DNA of 53,538 nucleotides from an uncultured Opitutales bacterium (lineage in GTDB: Bacteria; Verrucomicrobiota; Verrucomicrobiia; Opitutales; Intestinicryptomonadaceae). This document shows, one piece after another, positions 17,817 through 28,347 of the stretch. The position numbers were made by a program, and so were the translations under genes. The notes under the pieces are model-generated. The model had not been told where the DNA came from and did no database searches. It saw only the letters and a list, made by a program, of their open reading frames with translations. Each line of letters opens with the position of its first letter. Positions within the stretch are counted from its first letter, which is position 1. The stretch is taken from positions 1 through 53,538 of the forward strand of contig URYY01000001.1 in the NCBI GenBank assembly GCA_900552245.1, read 5' to 3'.

Positions 17817-19226
17817 ATGCTAACTAGGCGTTCATTTATAAAAAACGCTGCCTTGTTCGCGTCGGCTGCAGCCTTTGCTCCGCGCGCGTTTTCAATTCAA
17901 GAAAAAAAGTACGGCGATAACCTGCGAATGGCCTTTATCGGAACCGGCGGCAGAGGCTGGTCCAACTTAAATGACTTTTACAAACTTAAGCAAATTCCCG
18001 TGGCACTTTGCGATGTAGAATCAAATAGGCTAAAGAATGCAAAGGAAAAAATAGCTCCGGAGGCTGCAACATTCAAAGATTACCGCGAGATGCTCGATAA
18101 GATGCACTCGCAGATTGATGCCGTAGTGATATCGACCCCCGATGTGTCGCACTACGCGGCTGCTATGTGCGCCATAAAATACGGATTGCCCATTTACATT
18201 GAAAAGCCGCTCTGCCACACGATAGGTCAGATACGCAGTTTATACAAGGCTGCGAGCGAAAAGAACATAGTAGCCCAAATGGGCAACCAAAGCCACTCAA
18301 CCGAAGGTATACGCTACTGCAAGGAGTGGATTGAGGGCGGTCTGATCGGCAAGGTAAAGGAAGTCATACTCTGGACTGACAGACCTCTAGGAAGAGGCGT
18401 TGCGGATTTCCCGAATAACATAAAAGAATATCCTAAGGCAAAACCCGTTCCGCAAGTTTTAGACTGGGATCTGTGGCAAAATGTGGCCGAACCGCAAGAC
18501 TATTTTGGAAACGGTGTGGAATACGAAAAGTGGCGCGGCTGGTGGAAGTACGGCAGCGGCTCTTTGGGCGACATAGGCTGCCATATGCTAGATATTCCCG
18601 TCTATGCCCTTGGGCTTTCATACCCGTCGCGCATAAAGTCAACTACGCGAGGAGTAACTGAAATTTCCGTAGCAAGCCAAGAGAAGGTCGAATACTTCTT
18701 CGACAAATCAAATCAGGGAGTTCCCGTGAAGGTAACTTGGTACAGCGGCTTTAAGTACCCGAATAAGGAGGACGGTTCTTACCCGAAAGACTACGACAAG
18801 TCGCTACTGCCGCCCCTACCAAAAGAATGGACCGACGCCGGAAGAAGCTACCGCGAACTCTCCGATAACGGCCAATTCATAATAGGCGAAAAGGGTGTAA
18901 TTTATGCGGGAGCCATGCACTTGGGTGGCCGCCCCGCCCTGCTTCCGCGCGACTTGTGGGAATCCGTAAAAGACAACCTGCCCAGAACAGAACCCCGCGT
19001 AAAGCACAACCACCACTGGCTAAACTTTGTAGAGGCCGTAAAGGGCGAGGCTAAGTTAAGCTCACCCCTCGATTACGCGCACGTCCTAACTGAAGTCGTG
19101 CAGCTCGGCAACCTCGCAAGCCGCACGGGGGCTGATATAATTTGGGATTCCAAGAACCTCGTCTGCAAGGGCAATCCAAAGGCAACAGCCTTTGTAAATC
19201 CGCCCATGCGAAGCGGCTGGTTCTAA
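17817..19226 (+). CDS. Tat-exported Gfo/Idh/MocA-family NAD(P)-dependent oxidoreductase
   Basis: TRRSFIK twin-arginine signal, IGTGGRG, STPD..H, EKPL, QMGNQ, LDWDLW and GSLGDIGCH. AGGAG at 17802; start 17817 (ATG) or 17811 (TTG). Confidence 0.9.
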   Translation: MLTRRSFIKNAALFASAAAFAPRAFSIQEKKYGDNLRMAFIGTGGRGWSNLNDFYKLKQIPVALCDVESNRLKNAKEKIAPEAATFKDYREMLDKMHSQIDAVVISTPDVSHYAAAMCAIKYGLPIYIEKPLCHTIGQIRSLYKAASEKNIVAQMGNQSHSTEGIRYCKEWIEGGLIGKVKEVILWTDRPLGRGVADFPNNIKEYPKAKPVPQVLDWDLWQNVAEPQDYFGNGVEYEKWRGWWKYGSGSLGDIGCHMLDIPVYALGLSYPSRIKSTTRGVTEISVASQEKVEYFFDKSNQGVPVKVTWYSGFKYPNKEDGSYPKDYDKSLLPPLPKEWTDAGRSYRELSDNGQFIIGEKGVIYAGAMHLGGRPALLPRDLWESVKDNLPRTEPRVKHNHHWLNFVEAVKGEAKLSSPLDYAHVLTEVVQLGNLASRTGADIIWDSKNLVCKGNPKATAFVNPPMRSGWF

Positions 19227-19244
19227 GTTCCATTTCTAAAATTT

Positions 19245-19280
19245 TAAAGGCGAGTCTATGAGACCCGCCTTTTTTTATTT
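19245..19280 (+). terminator. Intrinsic terminator
   Basis: AAAGGCGAGTCT-ATG-AGACCCGCCTTT followed by a T-run. Confidence 0.75.
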
Positions 19281-19352
19281 GAGTTTCACCTCGATTTTAA
19301 CAAAGCGCAATGCCGCTTTAATTGCTAAAGGAAATACCTCAGACTTCCAAAT

Positions 19353-19380
19353 AAAAAAGCGCCCTTTCAATTTGGGGCGC
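19353..19380 (-). terminator. Intrinsic terminator for ffh
   Basis: A-run followed by the hairpin GCGCCCT...GGGGCGC. Confidence 0.6.
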
Positions 19381-19433
19381 CCAAAATATTTGTCTTTTTC
19401 AAAATAAAACAGAGGCAAAATAAAAAGCAAAAG

Positions 19434-20750
19434 CTACATGCGGGGCATGTTGCGCATCAGCTTTTTTGCGTTTCCGCCCTTCATCATCTTCATAATTTTG
19501 CGCATCTGCTCAAACTGTTTCATGAGGGTGTTTACGTCGCGCACTTCGGTGCCTGAGCCCTTTGCAATCCTGAGCCTGCGGCGGGCGTTTAAGATGTTCG
19601 GATTGCGCCTCTCTTCGGGCGTCATCGACAAAATTATAGCCTCGGTCTGCCTCATTTTCTTCTCTTCGCGCTCGCCCACCTGTATGCCGCTTAAACCCGG
19701 AATCATCTTTATTAGAGAACCCATTGAGCCCAGCTTTTTAATCTGGCGCATCTGCGATAAAAAGTCCTCCAAATCAAATTCGGCCCTGCGCATTTTTTCA
19801 GCCATGCGCATCGCCTCCTTCTCGTCTATATGCTCCTGAGCCTTTTCTACCAAGCTTACGACGTCGCCCATACCGAGGATTCTCTGAGCCATTCTATCGG
19901 GGTGAAAAACTTCCAAATCCTCCAATTTTTCGCCAACGCCCGCAAACTTGATAGGCGCCCCCGAAACGCTTTTTATTGAAAGAGCAGCTCCGCCGCGCGC
20001 GTCGCCGTCGAGCTTTGTCAGAATTACGCCCGTAATAGACACCGCATCGTTAAAGGACTTTGCGACATTTACAGCCTCCTGCCCCAAGGCCGCGTCGGCA
20101 ACCAAAAATACTTCCGCCGGATTTACCTTCGCCTTTAAATCGACAATTTCTTTTATGAGAGCCTCGTCTATCTGCAACCTTCCTGCAGTGTCGAAAATTA
20201 GCACATTAAAGCCCTCGGAAATCGCCTGGCGCTCAAAGTCGGACGCAAGCTTAACTACGTCTTTAGATTCCCTGTTTGAGTAAACTTTAACACCCAGCTG
20301 TTTTCCCAAGACTTCGAGCTGGTCTATCGCAGCCGGCCTATAGACGTCGCAAGCAATCAGGCAGGGATTTAGACCCTGTTTTTTCAAAAGCCTTGCGAGC
20401 TTTCCGGAACTTGTGGTTTTTCCGCTTCCGTGAAGCCCCACCATCATTATTTTAAGCGGCCTTACGTAAGAAAGCTCGGTAGAGCCCTCGCCCAAGAGCC
20501 TCACCAATTCGTCGTGTATAATTTTTATCAGCTGCTGCCCGGGAGACACGCTTTGCAAGACCTCCTTGCCTATGCTCTCCGCCTTTACCCGCTCTATAAA
20601 TTCCCTGACCACCTTGAAGTGGACGTCGGCCCCCAACAGCGCCTGCCTTACTTCGCCCAAAGCCTCCTGCATATTAGATTCGCTAAGCGTTCCCATGCCG
20701 CGGATATTGCGCAGGGCCTTCGTCAATTTTTCGGTCAAATTCTCCAACAT
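19434..20750 (-). CDS. ffh: Signal recognition particle protein
   Basis: [31 protein letters not shown] and Met-rich M domain; start MLENLT at 20750. Confidence 0.97.
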   Translation of the reverse strand: MLENLTEKLTKALRNIRGMGTLSESNMQEALGEVRQALLGADVHFKVVREFIERVKAESIGKEVLQSVSPGQQLIKIIHDELVRLLGEGSTELSYVRPLKIMMVGLHGSGKTTSSGKLARLLKKQGLNPCLIACDVYRPAAIDQLEVLGKQLGVKVYSNRESKDVVKLASDFERQAISEGFNVLIFDTAGRLQIDEALIKEIVDLKAKVNPAEVFLVADAALGQEAVNVAKSFNDAVSITGVILTKLDGDARGGAALSIKSVSGAPIKFAGVGEKLEDLEVFHPDRMAQRILGMGDVVSLVEKAQEHIDEKEAMRMAEKMRRAEFDLEDFLSQMRQIKKLGSMGSLIKMIPGLSGIQVGEREEKKMRQTEAIILSMTPEERRNPNILNARRRLRIAKGSGTEVRDVNTLMKQFEQMRKIMKMMKGGNAKKLMRNMPRM

Positions 20751-20964
20751 ATTGGGTTTAGATATTGGCAGATAAAAAAATATCTTCAATTAAAATTCTC
20801 GCTTTTTATCGCCTAAAAAATCCGAACTATTCACCATCTTAGCTAAAGCAAGAATCTAAAACCTATCAAAAAATAGCAGACAGAAATCAGATTTTTCCAT
20901 AAAAACTCAGAGCCGCCTGCTCTTGCAATGCGGCTCAATTTTTCAAGAAAAAGGCAAGCAAACC

Positions 20965-22386
20965 TTAGAATACCATACCAAATTGGGCACCCAGAACAAA
21001 GGCGTTAGGATGCTCGCCGCCCTTGGTATTTATTATGTACTGAATGTCGGGCTGGAAAAAGAAAAAGCGATTTACCTGCACCTTGTAGTTTAATTCCAGC
21101 ATAATCTCGTAGGAGCCACGCTGCGGAGTGCGCAAGTGGTTTGAGTATTTGCCGTAGGCAACTCCAAAACACAGAACATCGTCGGGCCGCGACGCAAATG
21201 GAGCGTTAAAGAGCAAGCCTCCGTTTACAAAAAGCGGCATCATCGCCAAGTTGTCCTGCGGGGCGTACTGCAACACTCCCCAAAGAATTAAACCTCTTAA
21301 GTCGCGGTAGACATCACCCTTATTTGCGCGCTGAATAACGCTTGGCTTTGAGCGGTCGGGAAAGCCCAAATTCAAAATCATATAGTCTGCCTGAACGTAA
21401 ATTACGGGGTTAAAGTGCGAAGTTTGCATGGGGTTATCCAAGTGTGGAGCGCTGTACCAATCTGCAACTAAGCCCACGGATATGTTGCCGGGAGAGCGGC
21501 CGCTATCGTCGTGGTTTATATCCCAACCGAGTTCGAAATTTGCATTTACGCCCAAAGCCCCGTCAAATGAAAAATCCAAGCCGTGCATGCCGGGCGAATC
21601 CTGCCTATCGTTATTTATCTGATAGACGCCAGCCTTGAAATAGTAGCCCTCCTTTGAATCGAGCCTTGTCATGATTCCCCAAGTTGAGCCTGGATAGGCG
21701 GAAAATTTCGTCTGCTTAAATACGCCAACAGGATTTCCGTCTATGGCGTTATTCATGTAAAGCCAATAAATAGGCTTTGTCATAAAATTGTCGCCGGCTG
21801 CTATTCTTCCGAATTTCAGCATAAAATTGCCGCCTCCAAAAGCCTCTTTTGAATAGCTTAAGAATAGCGACTGCATGCGCATGGTCTGCGAGCCGAAATT
21901 CTGCTGAACGTTAAATTCGTTGTCGATAAAATCGTTGGTGAGCGATTTCCCGAATCTCCAAACCCAAGTATTTACCAAAGACCAGTTCTCCAAGGCCTTT
22001 ATTTTTGTGACCTCGTACAAATCCAAACCAACCCCCAAATTTACAGAACTTGAAACCGTATTGCCCCTATGTGCGCCACCCGATGGATTTGCGGCAAAAT
22101 TTCCCAAGTAAGTAAAGACGGGAACTATTCCGTTATTTTCAAGATAACTTCTAAATCCTCCCCAGTCGGCAGTGGCGTACGGACCGTCAAACCAGTCCTC
22201 AAAACTGTAAAACGGCGGATACGAAACTTCGGCATGCTTCTTGCCGTAGTAGGACTGCGACTTGTCAAGAGGCATTTCCGAATCTCCGTCGTATATGGGT
22301 TCCGAAAAGAACTCCTGTTGCTCGGCAAAGAGCCCGGCAGACGACAAGATTAAAAGCAAGCACAGCAGATTTTTTTTATTTTCCAT
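20965..22386 (-). CDS. OprB-family carbohydrate porin
   Basis: Signal peptide, DWGGFRSYLENNGI, NPSGG, RPDD...GVAY, ELNY.VQVN...QPDIQYIIN and terminal F. Confidence 0.85.
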   Translation of the reverse strand: MENKKNLLCLLLILSSAGLFAEQQEFFSEPIYDGDSEMPLDKSQSYYGKKHAEVSYPPFYSFEDWFDGPYATADWGGFRSYLENNGIVPVFTYLGNFAANPSGGAHRGNTVSSSVNLGVGLDLYEVTKIKALENWSLVNTWVWRFGKSLTNDFIDNEFNVQQNFGSQTMRMQSLFLSYSKEAFGGGNFMLKFGRIAAGDNFMTKPIYWLYMNNAIDGNPVGVFKQTKFSAYPGSTWGIMTRLDSKEGYYFKAGVYQINNDRQDSPGMHGLDFSFDGALGVNANFELGWDINHDDSGRSPGNISVGLVADWYSAPHLDNPMQTSHFNPVIYVQADYMILNLGFPDRSKPSVIQRANKGDVYRDLRGLILWGVLQYAPQDNLAMMPLFVNGGLLFNAPFASRPDDVLCFGVAYGKYSNHLRTPQRGSYEIMLELNYKVQVNRFFFFQPDIQYIINTKGGEHPNAFVLGAQFGMVF

Positions 22387-22450
22387 AGTGTTTGTAATCG
22401 TTCTTTTTCGTTAGGTTTATCGTAAGAGAGTTTGTCAGACTTAATTAAAA

Positions 22451-23725
22451 TTACTTGAAGCAAAAAACTTGCACGGAACACACCGACCCGCTCGCAGTGC
22501 GCCTGACTCTGACTATGTTTATGGGGGCATCTTCAAGATTTACCTTCAAGCCGTCTATAAATAACTTTCTGTCCTTCGGAGTATTTAAGCTAGCGTAATA
22601 GACGGACACGGGCATAGCCATAGAGGAGCGCAAATCCAACTTAGGCGGAGCTTCCCCGGCCTCGCAAGCCTCCTCGCATTCCAAAACTCTACTTGCCACA
22701 TAAAAGGGTAAATTCGCGACCTCTTCAAGCCTCTTAGAAGCGTCAAAGTCGGATATCAAAAGCGGCCTGTAGAACTTGCCGTCAGCCAATATGCTCAAAT
22801 CGTTGCCAAAATCTCTGGAAAATTTATATATTTTAAAATCGAAAAGGTCCGCGCAAAGGCGGGAACCGCCGCTAACGTAAATATACGAGTGCAATTCTTC
22901 GGATTGCAATATGCCACCAAGCCCGCTCTCGTAAAAGACGAATGTCATATTCGGGACAAATCCGTTTCTCTTTGCCAAATCAAGCATCTCCAAATTGCGC
23001 TGCAAGAATATGTTTGAAGGCATCTTACCCGCGGCCTCCGCAAACTTTGACCTTGCGGAATCCACATCCTGCACTGCCTTTAAATCAGAGAGGGCAACTA
23101 TCCCCTCCAATAGTGGTATCAGCGGCAAATCCAGAGCTTTTTTAATGGCTGCAAGCTGCGCGCTTTCACTAATCCAGATATTGTCAACCTTGTATAGGGC
23201 GGACACCTGCCTAGTAAAATCGGCATTCTGTTTGCCTAGCAATGCACTTGGCGAAAATCCTGAAACATCGCGCTTTAATAGCTTTTTAAAATTCTCGGCA
23301 TTTCTTTGGACAAGCTCCTCGGGCGAATATTTAGCAATATCTCTTGCAAAATTTAGCGCACCTTTTGCAGCGTCCTTATCGCCAAGGGCAAGTGCGCTTA
23401 AAGCGAGGCTGTAAGAAGCCGCCATATATTCCGTATCCGAAGGCAAATAGCCCTCGGAATTTGAGCGCGAATTTAGAAATTCCGACAGGTACATACCGGA
23501 ATCGTAGTTGTATGCAGAAGCCGCCAAAATAAGCCCGGCGTCGAGCAGAGCCAAACTTCGGCTCTCGGAATCCACGGAGCTTGCAAAGTCGCCCGAAAGC
23601 TCTGCCGCCCGCTTGTAATCGGCCTTGTAAAATGCCTCGCGAACTTCCCTTTGATCAACGCTTGAACAGCACGCGAGCATGAAAAGAAGCGGAGCGATTG
23701 CGCATTTTGCAAGAGTTTGCATCAT
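22451..23725 (-). CDS. Hypothetical lipoprotein with helical N-terminal region
   Basis: Lipobox-like LMLAC-C; long ORF overlapping the ppx stop by 4 nt; no family confidently recognised. Confidence 0.6.
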   Translation of the reverse strand: MMQTLAKCAIAPLLFMLACCSSVDQREVREAFYKADYKRAAELSGDFASSVDSESRSLALLDAGLILAASAYNYDSGMYLSEFLNSRSNSEGYLPSDTEYMAASYSLALSALALGDKDAAKGALNFARDIAKYSPEELVQRNAENFKKLLKRDVSGFSPSALLGKQNADFTRQVSALYKVDNIWISESAQLAAIKKALDLPLIPLLEGIVALSDLKAVQDVDSARSKFAEAAGKMPSNIFLQRNLEMLDLAKRNGFVPNMTFVFYESGLGGILQSEELHSYIYVSGGSRLCADLFDFKIYKFSRDFGNDLSILADGKFYRPLLISDFDASKRLEEVANLPFYVASRVLECEEACEAGEAPPKLDLRSSMAMPVSVYYASLNTPKDRKLFIDGLKVNLEDAPINIVRVRRTASGSVCSVQVFCFK

Positions 23726-24606
23726 ATTCCGTAGTAAAGTTCCGCAACTCCATAGCGGAGCGAGCGGCGAGTGTGTATAAAATAGTTTCTATTAACCGTC
23801 TTTAAAAGTTCAATTATGCACAGAAACGCGGCGGGCAAAATATCCGCCCTATTTTTTGGCGTTCCGTATTTTTTTGAGAGCCCATCGGCCTTGAGAGATA
23901 TGGCCTCCTTCAGGCAGAAATTTATATCCTGCATAGTTACGCACTTGTTTGCGCTCATATTGCCTCCGCCCAAAATGCGCCTGGCAGCAGTGATGGCGCC
24001 ACCCGATATCACGAAGTCAAAGTCTCCCGCAGGCAACTTAATTTTTAAGAAATTTTCCCGGCAAAAATCCCGCAGTGAAGCAACATCCAAGGATCCGTCT
24101 TTAGTGAACATGTTTGTGAGCCTCACCGCTCCGACTGGAAAGCTGTCCGGAAAGGTATCAAAGCCCGATTTTGAGACAAATTCCATAGATCCTCCGCCCA
24201 AATCTCCGTAGAGTACATTTAGCTTTGGCCTGCCCTTTAGGGACTCGTCGCCCATAGCCCCTCGAAAAGATAGCATTGCCTCCTCCTTTCCAGTCAAGAC
24301 CCTCACGCATATTCCGCGCAGCAAAAGCTGGCGCAAGACCTCCTTTGCATTTGGGGAATCTCTGAGGGCGGAAGTCCCGAAGCAGACAGTTTCAAAGGGC
24401 TTGTTAAGCTTTGATTTTGCTAGGGAATTTAGCTCTAGTACGGATGATGTTATTATGTCGGCGGCATCGTCTGCCAAGCCGTTTTTAGAGGAAATTCGAC
24501 GGGGCAAAGAAAATTCTCCCAGCGCCTTAACCTGATTTGATTCAAGAGATGCCAAAAGCGATTTTATGGTATTTGAACCTATGTCTATAAAGAGAGTTTC
24601 TTTCAT
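23722..24606 (-). CDS. ppx: Ppx/GppA-family phosphatase, short form without HD domain
   Basis: IDIGSNT, GTSALRD, L.G.EEA, DLGGGSME, GAVRL, RADI and LRYG ASKHA motifs. Confidence 0.88.
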   Translation of the reverse strand: MKETLFIDIGSNTIKSLLASLESNQVKALGEFSLPRRISSKNGLADDAADIITSSVLELNSLAKSKLNKPFETVCFGTSALRDSPNAKEVLRQLLLRGICVRVLTGKEEAMLSFRGAMGDESLKGRPKLNVLYGDLGGGSMEFVSKSGFDTFPDSFPVGAVRLTNMFTKDGSLDVASLRDFCRENFLKIKLPAGDFDFVISGGAITAARRILGGGNMSANKCVTMQDINFCLKEAISLKADGLSKKYGTPKNRADILPAAFLCIIELLKTVNRNYFIHTRRSLRYGVAELYYGI

Positions 24607-24806
24607 TCCGCAACTTAGTTAGTACAAGGGCTTGTGGTTCGCAAGCATTTATAGACCCGCGACAGTAAAAATGACAGCAGAGATTTCAAAATAGCTCTAA
24701 AAATAATAAAATATTGGAATAATTTTGAAAAAGTATTTGACATAATCGCAAGCGGTGCTTTCTTTATTTAGCTTTTAATTTATTTGTAAACGGAGACTAT
24801 ATAACA

Positions 24807-24944
24807 ATGCAACCGACATATAACCCATCTAAGTTGAAGAGAGCGCGTCGCTGCGGATTCCGCGCGCGCATGAGCACACGCGGCGGCAGAAGCGTAATTT
24901 CCGCGCGTCGCCAAAAAGGTCGCAAGCGTTTGGTCACAAAGTAA
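24807..24944 (+). CDS. rpmH: 50S ribosomal protein L34
   Basis: Below the ORF-track cutoff. Translates as [52 protein letters not shown] and TTGACA (24737) upstream. Confidence 0.97.
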   Translation: MQPTYNPSKLKRARRCGFRARMSTRGGRSVISARRQKGRKRLVTK

Positions 24945-24950
24945 GTTGAA

Positions 24951-25295
24951 ATGCGCTTTTTGCCGGAAAACAGAGTGCGCTTACAGAGAGACTTTGACTT
25001 TATAAAATCAAACGGTATAAAGGCAGATTGTTCTGCCTTTATTTTGTATATAGCCCCCGCCAGGGAAAATAGAGATTGCTGCAGATTGGGGGTTGTCGCT
25101 AGCAAGCGAGTTGGCAATTCCGTAGTGCGCCACCATGCAAAGCGGATCTTTAGGGAAATTTTTAGGACTTCGGATCTCGCGGGCAAAAATTGCGACATTT
25201 TAGTCTTTGTGCGCAGGGGTTATTCGAAGTTTAAATTTGAGAATCTCAAGCGCAAATTCGATTCGGCCCTGTCCGGATTTAGCTCTGCAAAATGA
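24951..25295 (+). CDS. rnpA: Ribonuclease P protein component
   Basis: [25 protein letters not shown] (RNR-like motif); canonical position after rpmH. Confidence 0.93.
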   Translation: MRFLPENRVRLQRDFDFIKSNGIKADCSAFILYIAPARENRDCCRLGVVASKRVGNSVVRHHAKRIFREIFRTSDLAGKNCDILVFVRRGYSKFKFENLKRKFDSALSGFSSAK

Positions 25296-25615
25296 GCAAG
25301 AAACCGACAATTCCGGCTAGATTATGCGCGCTTTGCGTGCGCTTCTACCAACTTGCGATTTCACCGCTAATACATATAATTCCCGGCAGCGGCTGCAGAT
25401 TTTACCCGACGTGTTCGGAATACACGCTGCAGGCGATTCTAAAATTCGGTGCAATTAGGGGCATAATTATGGGAGCCTGCCGAATACTCAGGTGCAATCC
25501 GCTCTGCCGCGGGGGCATAGACGAGGTTCCCGACAAATTTGTATGGAAAAATTTGTTTTCCATAAACGATAAACCCGCAAAAAAAGTTGACGAGACGGAT
25601 ACAAATATCCATTAA
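25292..25615 (+). CDS. yidD: Membrane protein insertion efficiency factor
   Basis: [15 protein letters not shown] and RILRCNP...GG.D.VP. Confidence 0.95.
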   Translation: MSKKPTIPARLCALCVRFYQLAISPLIHIIPGSGCRFYPTCSEYTLQAILKFGAIRGIIMGACRILRCNPLCRGGIDEVPDKFVWKNLFSINDKPAKKVDETDTNIH

Positions 25616-25645
25616 TTTAACCTTTACTTTTTAGTTATTTTTCAG

Positions 25646-27523
25646 ATGGACATAAAAAATACAATTCTAGGACTCTTATTTTTGCTGGCTGCAATATATG
25701 TGATGTACACAAGCGGCAAGCAGCAACAGCAGCTGCAGGACTCAAACACATATACGCAGCAGGTGCAAAAGCAGCAGCCGTCCGAGCAAAAGATACCCTC
25801 TGCAGTAGTTGAGAGCTCTCAGGCGGACTCCGCACCTGAAGAAATAGCTGTATTGGAGGACGAATTTGTAAAAGTGCGCTTCACAAACAAGGGCGGAGCG
25901 ATAAAAGATGTGGTGTTGCCCAAGTTTAAGAAGACGCAAAATAGCGATGCCCCTTACGTATTCAACGCAAACGACAAGGTTGCGGCGCTTTCTCTTGCCT
26001 TTGAGACGCTAAAGGACGGAACGCCCCTGCCCTTTCAAAAGACATTTAAACTCGCGCGCAGCGATAAGAATGTGATAGCCTACGAGTACGTCGGCAAGAA
26101 GGTGAAAATCACGCGCGCCTACTCGCTTGCCCCATCTAACTCAAAGGGCTTCATACCCTACGTAATATCTACGCTTACAAAGGTGGAGAATATATCTAAA
26201 GAGGACATTCCCGCGCAAGACATCTACTTATCTCTCGGGATGGCCTCTCCGAATGCCGGCGACGTCTACGGCACTAATTTGGCCTTCGGCGTTTACGATT
26301 CTGAAGATACCGAATTTTTTAACTCTTCACTGTTTGTTGATTCAAAGGGCTTCTTGGGTATAGGCTCGCACAAGGCGAAGGCCTTTGAGAAGGTAAAAGT
26401 TGAAAACGTCCAGTGGGGAGTTGTTAAAAACCAGTTTTTTGCAACGGTATTTACGCCCACAAGACCCGCAAACGGCGGCTTTGTAGAGCCAGTTTTGATA
26501 GATCCAAAGGCGGAGTCAAACTTTATGAAGATAGGCCTCTTGGGCTATCTTAGCTTTGAGGAACCCGTCTTAAAAAGCGGAGAGAGCAGAGAGATTGAGG
26601 GCTCTTTCTACGTCGGGCCAAAGGAGTTGGAGAACTTGGTGGACTTGGGCAAAGACCAAGATTTAGTCATGGACTTCGGCTGGGCTAGCTTTGTGAGCCG
26701 CCCGCTCTTAGTTCTGCTTACAATAATAAATTCACTAGTTGAAAATATATCGCCCTCCTGGAGCTGGGGCTGGGCAATTATAATCCTCACGGTATTTGTG
26801 AGGATATGCCTATGGCCATTGACGGCGGTTCAGATTCGCTCGTCGCTAAAGATGTCAAAGCTTCAGGAGCCGCTTGCGGAAATTAAGAAAAAGTACGCCG
26901 GCGACCAGCAGAAGATTGGGCAGGAAACGATGAAGCTATATAGCGAGTACGGAATAAATCCGCTCGCGGGCTGCCTGCCGCTGCTAATTCAACTGCCGAT
27001 ATTCCTAGGTCTCTACTACATGCTGCAGACCTCGAGCGGAATAAGGTTTGCGCACTTTTTGTGGATTCAGGACCTCTCTCTGCCCGACTACATACCGGGA
27101 ATGGAGACAATTTTCGGCTTCCCGCTGCATCCGCTGCCGATAATAAACGCGCTAATAACGTTTATACAGATGCACATAACGCCGATGCCCTCTACGGACA
27201 AGGCTCAGCGCGTGATATTTAAATTGATGCCGCTTATAATGCTGCTATTTTTCTACACCTTCCCGTCGGGCTTGGTCTTGTACTGGACGGTTCAAAGCAT
27301 GATAGGTGTGGTGCAGGCAATATTGGTAAATCGCAGCCGCGATACCTTTGAGCTAAAGAAGCGCGATACTTCAAAGCCGACATTCTTTGAGAGGGTAAAT
27401 GCAATGGCCGAGCAGGAGCGCCTTCGCCGCGAGGGAATTAAGGCAAATGCGCTCAAGGGCACAATGTACGAAAATCGCAAAAAGAGCCCCGGCGGACGCT
27501 CAACGCCCCCAAAAAGAAAATAA
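25646..27523 (+). CDS. yidC: Membrane protein insertase
   Basis: FTNKGG, KNQFF, YVGPK, DFGW, WGWAII.LT, NPLAGCLP.LIQLPIF, WIQDLS.PD and PSGLVLYW. Confidence 0.96.
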   Translation: MDIKNTILGLLFLLAAIYVMYTSGKQQQQLQDSNTYTQQVQKQQPSEQKIPSAVVESSQADSAPEEIAVLEDEFVKVRFTNKGGAIKDVVLPKFKKTQNSDAPYVFNANDKVAALSLAFETLKDGTPLPFQKTFKLARSDKNVIAYEYVGKKVKITRAYSLAPSNSKGFIPYVISTLTKVENISKEDIPAQDIYLSLGMASPNAGDVYGTNLAFGVYDSEDTEFFNSSLFVDSKGFLGIGSHKAKAFEKVKVENVQWGVVKNQFFATVFTPTRPANGGFVEPVLIDPKAESNFMKIGLLGYLSFEEPVLKSGESREIEGSFYVGPKELENLVDLGKDQDLVMDFGWASFVSRPLLVLLTIINSLVENISPSWSWGWAIIILTVFVRICLWPLTAVQIRSSLKMSKLQEPLAEIKKKYAGDQQKIGQETMKLYSEYGINPLAGCLPLLIQLPIFLGLYYMLQTSSGIRFAHFLWIQDLSLPDYIPGMETIFGFPLHPLPIINALITFIQMHITPMPSTDKAQRVIFKLMPLIMLLFFYTFPSGLVLYWTVQSMIGVVQAILVNRSRDTFELKKRDTSKPTFFERVNAMAEQERLRREGIKANALKGTMYENRKKSPGGRSTPPKRK

Positions 27524-27602
27524 TTGCAAAGGCAGAAAAATTTAGTCAGTTTACAAATCATAAAAAAACGCCTAAGGGCAAATAAAGGAAAAGGAATAAA
27601 AA

Positions 27603-28343
27603 ATGTCAGGACACAGTAAGTGGGCTACAACAAAGAGACATAAGGCGGCGGTTGACGCCAAGCGCGGCAAAATATTCAGCGCGATAAGCAAAGATTTGAC
27701 TCTTGCCGCAAAAGCTGGTGGCGGCGATCCCGAATCTAACGCGCGTCTGAGAACGCTCATAGCCAAGGCAAAGGCCGCTAATATGCCCTCAGACAACGTC
27801 GAAAAGGCGATTAAAAAGGGAACCGGCGAATTGCCCGGAGTTTCGTACGAAGAAATCCTCTATGAAGGTTACGGTCCGGGTGGCGTAGGTTTCGTCGTTG
27901 AAGTTACAACCGACAATAAAAACCGTTCGGTAGCTGCGGTGCGCTCCACTTTCACAAAGCTTGGAGGCAACCTCGCAACATCGGGAGCTTTGATGTTTAC
28001 ATTCACAAGGAAGGGCCAGTTTATCGTAAGCGCTGAAAAGGCTACGGAAGACACCCTAATGGAAATCGCTCTCGACGCCGGTGCTGAAGACATAATAAAT
28101 AACGAAGACCATTTTGAAATTCTCTGCCCCATAAATGCCTACGACGCAGTGTCAGCAGCATTGGAAAAGGCAGGCATAGTTCCGGACGACTCAAATCTAG
28201 CCTGGATACCCAACACCTTAGTTCCGATTACAGATGCAGAGACTGCTCAGAAAGTCTTGCGCTTGGAAGAGACGCTCGATTCTTTGGAGGACGTTCAAAA
28301 CGTTTACACAAACTACGATATCGACGACTCGTTGATGGGTTAA
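27603..28343 (+). CDS. yebC: YebC/PmpR-family protein
   Basis: [25 protein letters not shown] and DVQNVY.N. Confidence 0.96.
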   Translation: MSGHSKWATTKRHKAAVDAKRGKIFSAISKDLTLAAKAGGGDPESNARLRTLIAKAKAANMPSDNVEKAIKKGTGELPGVSYEEILYEGYGPGGVGFVVEVTTDNKNRSVAAVRSTFTKLGGNLATSGALMFTFTRKGQFIVSAEKATEDTLMEIALDAGAEDIINNEDHFEILCPINAYDAVSAALEKAGIVPDDSNLAWIPNTLVPITDAETAQKVLRLEETLDSLEDVQNVYTNYDIDDSLMG

Positions 28344-28347
28344 GTTT

